The position numbers and the translations under genes are program-made. Positions 9,293-19,483 of a stretch of DNA of 64,000 nucleotides are shown in pieces. The stretch is taken from contig OZ244960.1 in NCBI GenBank assembly GCA_965222605.1, positions 2,720,001-2,784,000 of the forward strand, read 5' to 3'. This DNA is from Candidatus Latescibacterota bacterium. Its GTDB lineage: Bacteria > Latescibacterota > UBA2968. The notes below the pieces were generated by a model that was given only the letters and a program-made list of their open reading frames with translations, was not told the origin of the DNA and did no database searches. Each line of letters starts with the position of its first letter. Within the stretch, counting starts at the first letter, position 1.

Positions 9293-10984
9293 ATGACAAG
9301 CACCCATTCAGAACAGAAATCAACCGGATCGCATTACACGCCTCCTGCTCTGGCTGCATTCGTTGCAAAAGAAATGCTGAAATTGTGGCAGCCACCAGAG
9401 AACACGCGCAACATCAATGTATTCGATCCCGCTCTCGGTGACGGTGAATTATTACTTGCTATTCTAAAAAATTTACAGGAAATGGATGTAAATCTATCCG
9501 TAAGCGGATACGAAACCAATAAGTCCGAGATGCTTGCTGCGAAAAAAAGAATAAAGGACCAGTTTCCAAAAACTGCCATTGAGTTCCACAATCGGGACTT
9601 CCTCGCTCAATCAGCGAGCTGTTTCTCCCATCCCGACCTTTTCCAAAGCCAACCATCAGAGCAATTCGATCTCGTAATCTCAAATCCACCTTATGTGAGA
9701 ACCCAGGTCATGGGGACAAAAAAATCCCAGGACATAGCTCGCCGATTCGGATTGGCAGGAAGGGTAGATCTCTATTATGCGTTCATTGTTGCGATAGCCC
9801 AATATATTCATCCAAAGGGCATTCTTGGAATAATCGTATCTAATCGATTCATGACGACCAGATCCGGGGAAACTGTAAGAGCCAGAATTAAAGAAATGTA
9901 TGAGATCGAACATATTTGGGATCTTGGCGACACAAAACTTTTTGAAGCGGCTGTGCTTCCCGCAGTCCTGATGCTAAAACCAAAAACCTCTAAAAAGCCA
10001 CCAATTACTGCCAAATTCACTTCAATTTACGCTTCTGATCCCGTCAAAAAAGCGCGCAATTGCGAGAGTCCAATCGAAGCCCTTCGACGCAGCGGGTATG
10101 TCAAAACAAAATCTAACGGATACTTCAGGGTTTTGAAGGGAGAGTTGGATTCAGGGCGAAGACCAGAGGACATCTGGCGAATCACCACAAAGGAAAGTAG
10201 AGAATGGCTAAGTAGAGTTCGCAGAAACACTGCTGCCACCTTCAAGGATCTTGGCAAAATCAGAGTGGGCGTTAAAACAACCGCTGATCGCGTATTCATA
10301 AGATCAGATTGGGATGACATGCCTTTGGATAAACGACCGGAATTGCTAAAAGATTTGACAACCCATCACATCGGAAATCCGTACAGGTCAAAGCCCCCAA
10401 AAAGCAAGATTCTCTACCCTCACACCATTCTTGAAGGAAAGCGTTGTGCCGTCAACCTGGCGAGTTACCCAAAATCGAAAGCCTATCTCGAAGAACACAG
10501 AAATCAGCTTGAGAGCAGAAAGTATGTCATTGAGGCAGGAAGAGAATGGTATGAAATATGGGTACCTCAAGATCCAAAAGCCTGGGAAAAAGCCAAAATC
10601 GTTTTTCGGGATATAGTTGAACATCCAACATTTTGGCTGGACCTAAATGGCACCGTAGTAAACGGAGACTGCTATTGGATTTCATGCTCTGAAGAAAACG
10701 AACTTACCTATCTGGCTCTTGCTGTAGGCAACTCCTCTTTTATAGAGTGCTTTTATGACCGGAGTTTCAACAATAAATTATATGCCGGAAGAAGACGATT
10801 CATGACTCAATATGTTGAGCATTTCCCTCTCCCAAGAATAGATTCGGCACCAGCAATCCAACTTATCAAAATGTCAAAACAGACTTTTGAATGCACATCT
10901 GACAAAAAAGCTGAACTTATTCACACAGTTGATAAACTGGTTTGGAAAGCATTTGGTTTTTCAGATAAAGAAATCCGCAGGTAG
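9293..10984 (+). CDS. N6-adenine DNA methyltransferase (gamma class, Eco57I/TaqI-like)
   Basis: GSHYTP, FDPALGDG, VISNPPY, DLYYAF; C-terminal TRD. Confidence 0.92.
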   Translation: MTSTHSEQKSTGSHYTPPALAAFVAKEMLKLWQPPENTRNINVFDPALGDGELLLAILKNLQEMDVNLSVSGYETNKSEMLAAKKRIKDQFPKTAIEFHNRDFLAQSASCFSHPDLFQSQPSEQFDLVISNPPYVRTQVMGTKKSQDIARRFGLAGRVDLYYAFIVAIAQYIHPKGILGIIVSNRFMTTRSGETVRARIKEMYEIEHIWDLGDTKLFEAAVLPAVLMLKPKTSKKPPITAKFTSIYASDPVKKARNCESPIEALRRSGYVKTKSNGYFRVLKGELDSGRRPEDIWRITTKESREWLSRVRRNTAATFKDLGKIRVGVKTTADRVFIRSDWDDMPLDKRPELLKDLTTHHIGNPYRSKPPKSKILYPHTILEGKRCAVNLASYPKSKAYLEEHRNQLESRKYVIEAGREWYEIWVPQDPKAWEKAKIVFRDIVEHPTFWLDLNGTVVNGDCYWISCSEENELTYLALAVGNSSFIECFYDRSFNNKLYAGRRRFMTQYVEHFPLPRIDSAPAIQLIKMSKQTFECTSDKKAELIHTVDKLVWKAFGFSDKEIRR

Positions 10985-11989
10985 CGGTATTTGAAGTTTT
11001 TTATTCAAAACTTTGCCTTCAAAACGTCTGAATCTTAAAAAGAAGTCTCTTCCGGTGGTCAGGTAAAAGTTCGTAATCCTTACGCGATTTCCAGTCAATT
11101 CACCATAAAACAATGCATATCTAACATCACAGTGCCGAAGAACAATATTTCCATCCGTCGCTGGATAGTCAAGTGCCTGCAAACTGTCGGGCGTCACAAG
11201 ACCCAAATCTATGGTCCGCGAAGTCTGGAGTTTAATTTCCAAAAGTTGATGTGGAATATCCGGGAATGTGCCCTTGTCGGCATATCCAGGATAACCCAAT
11301 AGCTTCGCGACAATCTCGTGCAGTAATGATCCGCGATTTCTCTCTTGATCCATTCCTACGTAGTCAATTTCCATCCCAATCGTGCATTTTAGAATTCCAA
11401 AGAGCATTTGAATGGAAATAAGCGAACTCAATGAAGGATCTTCTGTCGGATCAATTAGATGCGCTGACGATTCCCGCCCAATGAGTTCCGCTGGTATTGT
11501 ATCCTCCCTTGATACCAATTCACATGCCTCGGCGCCAACATCGAGAGTAGCCTGGTATTTTTGAGTTAATGTGCCCGTCCTGTCCATTTTCGCGAGTTCT
11601 GCACCGGAAATCACCCTGACATTTCCTATCCGATTGTCCTCATCTACCCGCACAATGACGTACCTGCGCGATGCATCCAGTTCCTCGTTCCAAATCTGCA
11701 GGTTATTCGACTTCTGGATATATACATCAAAGTTCTGTCCGGGGAATCTCGGCTGTGTCCTCTTGAATGATCCAGGTACTGGATAACCTATTGCTTTGCA
11801 TACTTCAGTCTTAACAACTTTTGATCTGGTCCGTAACGCAAGGCCACTGAGAGATAGTCCAACGAGACTCTCTTCCAGCATTTCTTCGAGCTTCTTGCTT
11901 GCTATGTACAGATCTGGTCGCCCTGAAGGAATACGGTCGTAAATCGTGAGGCCGCTTCTTCTAATGGCATTTTTATCCGGATGGACCAT
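10961..11989 (-). CDS. Putative type II restriction endonuclease
   Basis: Convergent and overlapping with MTase; PD...LEIK PD-(D/E)xK motif (FPDIPHQLLEIKLQ). Confidence 0.75.
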   Translation of the reverse strand: MVHPDKNAIRRSGLTIYDRIPSGRPDLYIASKKLEEMLEESLVGLSLSGLALRTRSKVVKTEVCKAIGYPVPGSFKRTQPRFPGQNFDVYIQKSNNLQIWNEELDASRRYVIVRVDEDNRIGNVRVISGAELAKMDRTGTLTQKYQATLDVGAEACELVSREDTIPAELIGRESSAHLIDPTEDPSLSSLISIQMLFGILKCTIGMEIDYVGMDQERNRGSLLHEIVAKLLGYPGYADKGTFPDIPHQLLEIKLQTSRTIDLGLVTPDSLQALDYPATDGNIVLRHCDVRYALFYGELTGNRVRITNFYLTTGRDFFLRFRRFEGKVLNKKLQIPLPADFFI

Positions 11990-14841
11990 GTCTTATTTAC
12001 TCCTGTTTTCGAGAGCTAACGCCTGTCTATAATTTGGAGAGACACCATAAATATACCAGGAAAATCACGGCCTGCTATATTTTTGCCGATTCTTAAATCG
12101 ATCATTCTCAATCCGTTCATAAAAAAAGCGGCACTGGCGATAAATATCACCAGCGCCGCAACACGTTATCAGCGGCTCATCGTTTTCCTGCGACTGTATA
12201 GGCTTCAGGATGAGCCTGCAAAAGCTCTCTCGATCACATCAGTTATTCCGTCACCGTAATCGTGGCCGTACCTGTAATATCTCCTAAGTGCCGCCCTGTG
12301 ATGGTAACGGTACCGGCAGCCACCGCGGTAACCGTGGCAGTGCCGCCCCTATTCCCATCCTCGCCTTTAGTAACACCATCGACCGTCGCCACCGCCGGGT
12401 CGCTCGTTTCCCAATACACGACTTTACCACCGTCGCCCACGTCCACCGTCCCCACGTCATAGCCGTTCGCGTCCGCGATTGCCGCACTCAGCGTCGTCGT
12501 CCCGCCTACCGTCAGGTCCGCCGAACTAGGCGAGAGCGTCAAGGACGCCGGGTATTGATACACTCTTAGGAGCAGAATGGCTGGTGACGCGTCTCCCGAA
12601 TTTATCTGAACCTGTCCCCTTCCAGTTACGCCCGCCGTGATCTCCAGGCCGCCATCCACCTTCTCGGTGTGGTTGCTTCCGGGGGGGTTTTCAGGGCTGA
12701 AGCCGCAACACGGGGAGAAAACGGCAATCAAACTAAACGACGCGTCAGTATCCTCATCGCCGTTCGCATCCAGGACCTTGACTGTCACCGACTTCGTTTC
12801 GCCCAGCGCTTCGAAGGTCAGCGAACGAGGTGAGATCTCCACTCGGGGCCCGGATACCGTCACCGTCACCGTGGCTGTCCCGCTCGCCTCCCCTCCTCCT
12901 CCGCTTGCGCTCAGTGTTATCGTGGTCGTCCCGGCCCCGATCGCTTTTACCCATCCACGCACCCCCGTTCCCACTAGGCCATCCACCGTCGCCACTTCCT
13001 CGTCGGCTGACGACCACCCCCAGGACGTGGGCCGAGTCTCGTTGCCGTTCTCGTCAAGGATCCGTGCCGTCAAGGTTTTGCCGGCGCCCACCTCCGTGAA
13101 GTCCACCGAGCTGGGATCGATCTCCACGGAAGCCACCGGCGTCGGATGGTCATTGTTCTCGATGACCACGCGCGCAGAGGAGGAACTACCCACCGAGTAG
13201 CCTGTCCCGGTCTGAACTTCCGCGATTACCTGGCCATTGATCTCAATTACATCATCATCCTCCGTTGCGACCGTCAGCGTAGCAGTGGTCGCGTTCGCGT
13301 TGATGGTCACTGTCGAGGGCGGTGTCCCACTGGTCAGATGGTCGGCATAGGTGACGTCCACATCCACATTCACCGTCAGGGCAGACGTCGGGGCAGGGGA
13401 CGCGGTGATCGTAAAAGTCACATCTGTGCCTTCAGTCACAGGTGTAGTACCTGCCGAGATCGTCACCTGTGGGTTCACCTGTGGGGTTTCGTCGACCGGG
13501 TTGTCCTCCCCTTGGAGCACCTTCGGCAGCACGACCGTCACCCTGGTCGTCGCGTTCAAGCGCACGCCGTCTTCAGTCACCGCAGCCACGGTCACGTCGG
13601 TCATCCCGGCGCCGACTGCCCGCACCTGCGCCCTCGGATCTATGATCAGGAAAGGATGTACGGTCGCCACGTTCGGGTTGGCTGATTGCCACCGCCAGGA
13701 CGTGATGTTCCCTCTGCCGGGGGCTTCGTGGCCGTTGGCGTCAATGGCGCGCAACGTCACCGTGGCAGTGCCGCCCACCGACGTCAGCTCCACCACGCCG
13801 GGATCGATTGCCGCGGATGCCGCCCGCTGCCACACGGTTACGGTTGCCTCACCGGAGACGCCGGACGCGGACGCCATCACCGTCGCAATACCATTCGCGA
13901 CGGCCGTCACCACGCCCGCCGCATTCACGGTCGCCACCTCGGGAAAGACGGAGGACCACGACACCTCCTCCCCGAGGATTTCATTGTCCTGCGCGTCCAG
14001 GACGCGCGCCGTCAACGCGGCGGTAGCGCCCAGCGACGCGAACGTCACGTCGCGCGGGGTAACCTCCACGCGCGCCGGTAGCGGAGGTGGATTGTCGTTG
14101 TCCTCAACGGTCACGCTCGCCGAAGATGAACTCCCCACTGTATAGCCTGTTCCGGCTTGCAATTGCGCGGTTACCACACTATTCGACTCATCCGTTTGAT
14201 CATTGTCGGTACTGACCGTCAGTGTGGCACTGGTCTTGTTAGCGTCAATAGTCACTGTCGAGGACGGTGTGCCACTGATGACATCGCCGGTCTCACTGAC
14301 ATCCACATTCACTGTCAGTGCTGTTGCCGGTGCAGGATCCGCTGTAATCGTAAACGTCGCAGCAGTGCCTTCCGTCACTGGTGAGGTACCTGCCGAAATG
14401 GTCACCTGTGGAACATCGTTATCGTTCACCGTCACGCTCGCCGAAGATGAACTCCCCACTGTATAGCCTGTTCCGCCTTGCAATCCCGCGGTCACCACAC
14501 TATTGGACTCATCTGCCTCATCATTATCCGTCGCTACTGTCAGCCTGGCGGTGGTCTCACCAGCATTAATGGTCACTGTCGAGGGCACCGTGCCGCTGAT
14601 AATATCGCCAGTCTCAGTCACCTTCACACTCACTGTCAGTGCTGTTAGCTGCGCTGGGGATATAGTAATCGTAAACGTCGCAGCCGTCCCTTCCGTAACA
14701 GGGGTAGTACCCGCAGAGATGGTCACCTCTGGGGTCCCTGGTGGAGGAATGTCGTTGTCCTCAACAGTCACGCTCGCAGAGGAAGAACTACCTACGGTAT
14801 AGCCTATTCCACTCTCCACTTGCGCGGTCACCACGCTATTA

Positions 14842-15742
14842 ACCTTTGGTGCTAGTGTTATATTCTGAAGTGTGCGATGGCAAGGTTAATGAACCCATCT
14901 TCATCGGGTTTAAAGCCCTGCCATTGTACCAAGATATTGAAGGCGGCCATGGTAAAAGCCAATCGCATTGCAAAATAGCTCCAGACCCGATGCATGACTT
15001 TCTTAAAATGCCACACGAGCGTCATCATAGATAAGATGGTTTCAACCACCATGCGCTCATTCCAAGTGCCACGCGGACAGATTTTTAAGTTTTCTGGGTT
15101 GTCTTGCGCTTTTTGAAAGCCGACATCGGCAAAGACGACCATGTCTGATTGCACCTGCTTGATGAGATGGTGGAAGGTGGTATCGTGAACATTAGCTGTC
15201 TGACAGTCCCAATCCACGATGAGACCCCATTGATTGATCAACAGACAGAGCTTGCCACCGACAATCCAGCGATAATTCGATTTGCCTTTCTTCCCGATCT
15301 GAGCAGGACTTCTGCCTTCTCGGATCGGATGAATCAACTCAATGCCATAGCTATCAATGATGCCCAACACGCTCTTTTCGGCTAAAAATCGGCTTGTGGC
15401 GTGTTGATGCCTTAAAAAGAGGCGAAACAAGCGCGTGCGATGAGGTAAGTTAGGAAACAGGTGCTGCCAATCGTTTATCAGCCAATCATAATAGGCGCGA
15501 TTGCCCACCCCTTTAATCGCAAAAAGCAAGGCCAACGTGATGACTTCGCTGGGATAGAGCTTGGCTTGAGGATGTTTCTCAAGGTCTTGCGTTTGATCAT
15601 CTACCCGACAGAACAGGTCAATGATCAGCATTTCAGTCGTCATGAAGTTTACCTCCCTGCTGTGAATGAATGAGGTGCTAACTCATTCAGCATAGGTAAA
15701 CTTCTGGCGACTTACAACTTCTTATCTACTAGCACCAAAGGT
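14842..15742 (-). mobile_element. IS982-family insertion sequence, 901 bp
   Basis: 15-bp perfect TIR ACCTTTGGTGCTAGT; 5-bp TSD TATTA (14837-14841, 15743-15747). Confidence 0.9.
14858..15643 (-). CDS. IS982-family DDE transposase
   Basis: IIDSYGI, GGKL, ANVHD, FADVGF, RMVVET DDE pattern. Confidence 0.88.
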   Translation of the reverse strand: MTTEMLIIDLFCRVDDQTQDLEKHPQAKLYPSEVITLALLFAIKGVGNRAYYDWLINDWQHLFPNLPHRTRLFRLFLRHQHATSRFLAEKSVLGIIDSYGIELIHPIREGRSPAQIGKKGKSNYRWIVGGKLCLLINQWGLIVDWDCQTANVHDTTFHHLIKQVQSDMVVFADVGFQKAQDNPENLKICPRGTWNERMVVETILSMMTLVWHFKKVMHRVWSYFAMRLAFTMAAFNILVQWQGFKPDEDGFINLAIAHFRI

Positions 15743-15993
15743 TATTAGGCTCATCTCCCTCATCATTGTCCGTCGCTACTGTCAATGTAGCGCTGGTCGC
15801 GTTGGCATTGATCGTGACACTCGAAGAAGCCGTGCCACTGATGACATCACCATCCTCGCTGACATCCACATTCACAGTCAGGGCTGTTGCCGGTGCAGGA
15901 TTCGCTGTGATCGTAAACGTCGCAGACGTACCTTCCGTCACAGGCGTAGTACCCACCGAGATTGTCACCTGCGGGGTTGGAGGTGGTGGTTGA

Positions 15994-16089
15994 GGCGGTT
16001 GAGGCCGTGGTGGCGGTTGAGGCCGTGGTGGCGGTTGAGGCCGTGGTGGCGGTTGAGGCCGTGGTGGCGGTTGAGGCCGTGGTGGCGGT
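15994..16089. repeat. 18-bp tandem repeat x5 encoding PPPRPQ linker
   Basis: GGCGGTTGAGGCCGTGGT repeated five times. Confidence 0.95.
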
Positions 16090-17585
16090 GACGTACCTCC
16101 GCCACCTGTAAATATTGGCCCCGCTGCCGGTATCACCGGGATGCCCAAAACAGGCGAGGACCACTCACTCATGCCCCCATCGACAAGTGTGCGAACGCTC
16201 ACCAAATACGCCTGACCGTTGAGCAAACCCGTGATCGTCACACTCGTCTCCAACCGACTGCTCGTAGGCTCACCAACTGCCCATTCAACACTATCCTCGG
16301 CATCGCGCTCCCGATAACCCACCTCATACCCGGTCACAGAAGGTTTGCCCTCCTCATCGGGCACCGCATCCCAACGCACCGTCAATTTGCTATCACCATT
16401 CTCCACAACCACATTCGAGGGCACTATCGCAGACGGTTCTTCAATGTTATTGATGGTAATGTTCACGACAAGGCTCGCACTACCACCGTTACCGTCGCTG
16501 ACGATCACCGTCACGGAATAGCTGCTCTTTTCCTCAAAGTTGTATGTCCCCTGTGTCGTTATCTGTCCTGTGCTCGCATCAATGGCAAAGTTGTCTGAAT
16601 CGTCCCCGCTGAGGCGATAGGTCAGCGTATGGCCATCGGCATCGGTTCCTGAGATGGGGTCGCCTATGGGCTGTCCGGATGGGATGTTTTCATCTACTGA
16701 TCGCATCACGGGAGGTTCTGATGTGAAGACCGGTGCGCGGTTCACCTCTTTGCCAAAGCTATCTATAAAGATCAGAAAATCGCCAGTCCCAATCTCACCA
16801 TCGCCATCCAGATCGTATTTTGCATCATATTTCTCTTCACCTTCCTTTGACCCGAACACATCGACAAAGAGCAAAAAATCGGGAATATCCACAACACTAT
16901 TGCCATTAAAGTCCGGGGAAGGCGGGCTACTATCCTGTGAAAAAAGAGACCACGGGGAAATTAAGAGCAAAAGGCTCAGCAAGCAGGCGGTGCCGAGCGC
17001 AAAAGGGAGCGGTTTAATACGGTGTCTCATCTATCAATCCTTTTGTAAAATGTGGTTTACGTTGTGCATTTGGGTCGAACGGGGTTTGTCTGGGGTTGTT
17101 TGGCAGAACCTGTGAGACTTCAATCATCAATCGTTTGCACCAGATTGCATTATTAAAAATATACTTAAAATCATACGTGATGTGTGACTTCAAGAGTGAC
17201 CGAGTCCATCTCAGTTCAATTATAAACACGTTTACATTTCACAAGATACAAACAGGCCTCAGCAATGCAAGAGAAATGTCGCACGTCTGCAATTGTCAGC
17301 GAATTGATGCCTTGCTCAAAGAGATTCAGCTCGACAGGCACAGCACTCGTTGTACTGGTCGTAGAAAGAGACGATCTCTCTTACTTGACATAAACAGGAG
17401 AAGTTCAACTAACTATACTTATACGGATATGAGTTGCTTCTTTGACCACACTGAGAAGCCTGTCAACCTTTTGCTTTGTTCTTTTTAAACGCTCAAACGG
17501 TTTCGTCCGTTGCACATAGATGTGGTTCCGTTTTGGTATCAGACCCTATCCGCAACGGTCACCGCCTCGCCAAACATTTTTTCGT

Positions 17586-17614
17586 TTGACAAAATAGCTT
17601 TGTATAAGTATAGT
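17586..17614 (+). promoter_or_regulatory. Sigma70 promoter upstream of recombinase
   Basis: TTGACA-17 nt-TATAGT. Confidence 0.65.
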
Positions 17615-17703
17615 TATATTGATTGAAATATCGGATTGCCGTACACGAAGCCAACAGCTTGACCCTCTGCAGGTAGCCACAGTCGAGCAGCCCAGGAGCG
17701 ACT

Positions 17704-18642
17704 ATGCAACGGAATATCTCCCTACAATCTGCCTTCGACACCACGCCTTCGGCAATATCCATCGACATAGCCCGATTGATGCAGGCCAGCATCGCGCCCA
17801 ACACGGCGAAGGCGTACCGCGCTGCCCTTGACAAGTTGACCAAACACCTGAACGGGCGACCACCAACCGACAGGACACTGGCCGACTACTTAGCCCACTT
17901 ATATGCCAGAGGACTGGCCCCTGCTTCTGTCGCCTTAGTGGTGCAAGCCGTCCGCTTTTGGGAAAAAATAGAAGGCCGTCCGTCGAGTGTTGGCCCGTTG
18001 ACGACTCGCACTTTGGCCGGAATCCGCCGCGAAGGTCGTGGCCGTGGTCGTGGGCAGGTAACCGGATTGACCCGAGAGGCGGTCAAACTCATGGCTCATA
18101 ACGCCGCCAGGACCAACACCCTGGCCGGATTGAGAGACGCCGCCCTGTTGCGCGTGATGAGCGACGCCCTGTTGAGGATCGGCGAGGCCGTAGCCATCGA
18201 CTGTGAGCACATCACGACCGAAGCCGACGGGACCGGGCGCCTTGATATCCACCAGAGCAAGACCGACCAGAATGGGAAAGGCGCGAGCCTCTACTTGACT
18301 ACTCGCACCGTCGATGCCATCCGCCAGTTGCAGGCCCGCGCTGGATACACAGCTGGGCCTCTCTTTCGCCGGATGTTGAAGGGCGACCACATGAGCAACA
18401 ATCGCTTGACGGTCGATGGCGCGCGATTAGCCATCAAAGCGTCCGCAAAACAAGCCGGTATTGAGGGCGTAAGCGGACACAGCCTCCGAATTGGAACCGC
18501 CCAGGAACTTGCCCAGCGCGGCGCTACCCTGGTCGAGTTGCAAAACGCTGGCCGCTGGACAGATAGCCAGATGCCAGCCCACTATACCCGCAATCAGGCC
18601 GCAGGTAAGGGAGCCGTGGCCCGCTTGCTGCGAGATGACTAA
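17704..18642 (+). CDS. Tyrosine recombinase/integrase (Cre-like)
   Basis: LLRIGE, SKTDQ, GHSLRIG, AGRW, AHY catalytic set. Confidence 0.92.
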   Translation: MQRNISLQSAFDTTPSAISIDIARLMQASIAPNTAKAYRAALDKLTKHLNGRPPTDRTLADYLAHLYARGLAPASVALVVQAVRFWEKIEGRPSSVGPLTTRTLAGIRREGRGRGRGQVTGLTREAVKLMAHNAARTNTLAGLRDAALLRVMSDALLRIGEAVAIDCEHITTEADGTGRLDIHQSKTDQNGKGASLYLTTRTVDAIRQLQARAGYTAGPLFRRMLKGDHMSNNRLTVDGARLAIKASAKQAGIEGVSGHSLRIGTAQELAQRGATLVELQNAGRWTDSQMPAHYTRNQAAGKGAVARLLRDD

Positions 18643-18754
18643 GGGAGATAAAGACGACTTCTCTTATTGGTATAAGCAGATCGAGTATGCATAAATACAC
18701 ACGTTTGTTGTTAAAATAAATTACAAAAAAATTAAATACAAAACTTTAGTAAAT

Positions 18755-19483
18755 TTAAGGCGTATGACTTTCTCTACAAGAGTTGCTGTGAATTTTAGAT
18801 AGCGAGCGATATGGAATAAAAAGCACGTAAAATAACACCAGCGCTACACCGTCAAGGAATAAGAGATACCACGGCCACGGCAAAAAGAAAAAAGGCGATT
18901 TTGTAATGGGCGGATGGCAGAGAAACATATAATTGCTCCCCAGCATCAAATTGACGCCGATCAAAATAACAGCCAGAACATTGAGCAAAACAAAAACGCG
19001 CAACACCGATCTGCCTGTCGGCCGCATGCCCAGGCCCCATGTGGCGAACAGCGCAGCAGCGACAATACCGCCATGCGCGATAAAATATTGAAAAAAGCGA
19101 TACTGAGGAAAGCCTATATCGAGTTGAGGCGTAACAACCGCATTCGTCGCGCCGACAAGCCCCCAGAAATAGGCAATCTCATAAGCCGTCTGCCGCCGGA
19201 AAACGAGCATAGCGACAACCGCAAAAACAGTAATCCCACAAACATGCAATGGCATATACTCCTGCACAAACTCGTGTACCCCAACCGTCGCTATGCGATA
19301 GCTCCAATTCAGCACCTCGTTGACCGCGATCACCCCCGCAAACGCATAGCAGATAGCCTGAGTCACCCTCGCCGAATCGAGCCGCTTAACAACAAGAGTC
19401 AAAATAATCGGCACAGCAAGTACCACGCCCATCGCGACAACATGGGCAAAACCGAAAAACTCAAACTGGCTTGAAGGCATCAT
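18755..19483 (-). CDS. YwaF/TIGR02206-family membrane protein
   Basis: PLHVC, YFWG, YFIAH, NYMFL, PWPWY motifs. Confidence 0.85.
   Translation of the reverse strand: MMPSSQFEFFGFAHVVAMGVVLAVPIILTLVVKRLDSARVTQAICYAFAGVIAVNEVLNWSYRIATVGVHEFVQEYMPLHVCGITVFAVVAMLVFRRQTAYEIAYFWGLVGATNAVVTPQLDIGFPQYRFFQYFIAHGGIVAAALFATWGLGMRPTGRSVLRVFVLLNVLAVILIGVNLMLGSNYMFLCHPPITKSPFFFLPWPWYLLFLDGVALVLFYVLFIPYRSLSKIHSNSCRESHTP
18762..18810. repeat. att-like direct repeat, copy 2 (3' end of ywaF-like gene)
   Basis: Exact 20-mer at 18779-18798 shared with 9184-9203. Confidence 0.7.

Larger units (their letters stand above)
12243..17030 (-). pseudogene. Giant secreted adhesin (dockerin-like, cadherin, FN3, Pro linker, Calx-beta-like repeats, Big_2 Ig), disrupted by IS
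   Basis: Removing the IS and one TATTA restores ...GDEPNSVVTAQ..., giving one ORF of 1294 codons including the stop. Confidence 0.88.

Noticed and set aside
17040-17580. ncRNA or CDS in the intergenic stretch
   Set aside because: No recognisable RNA structure or protein motif
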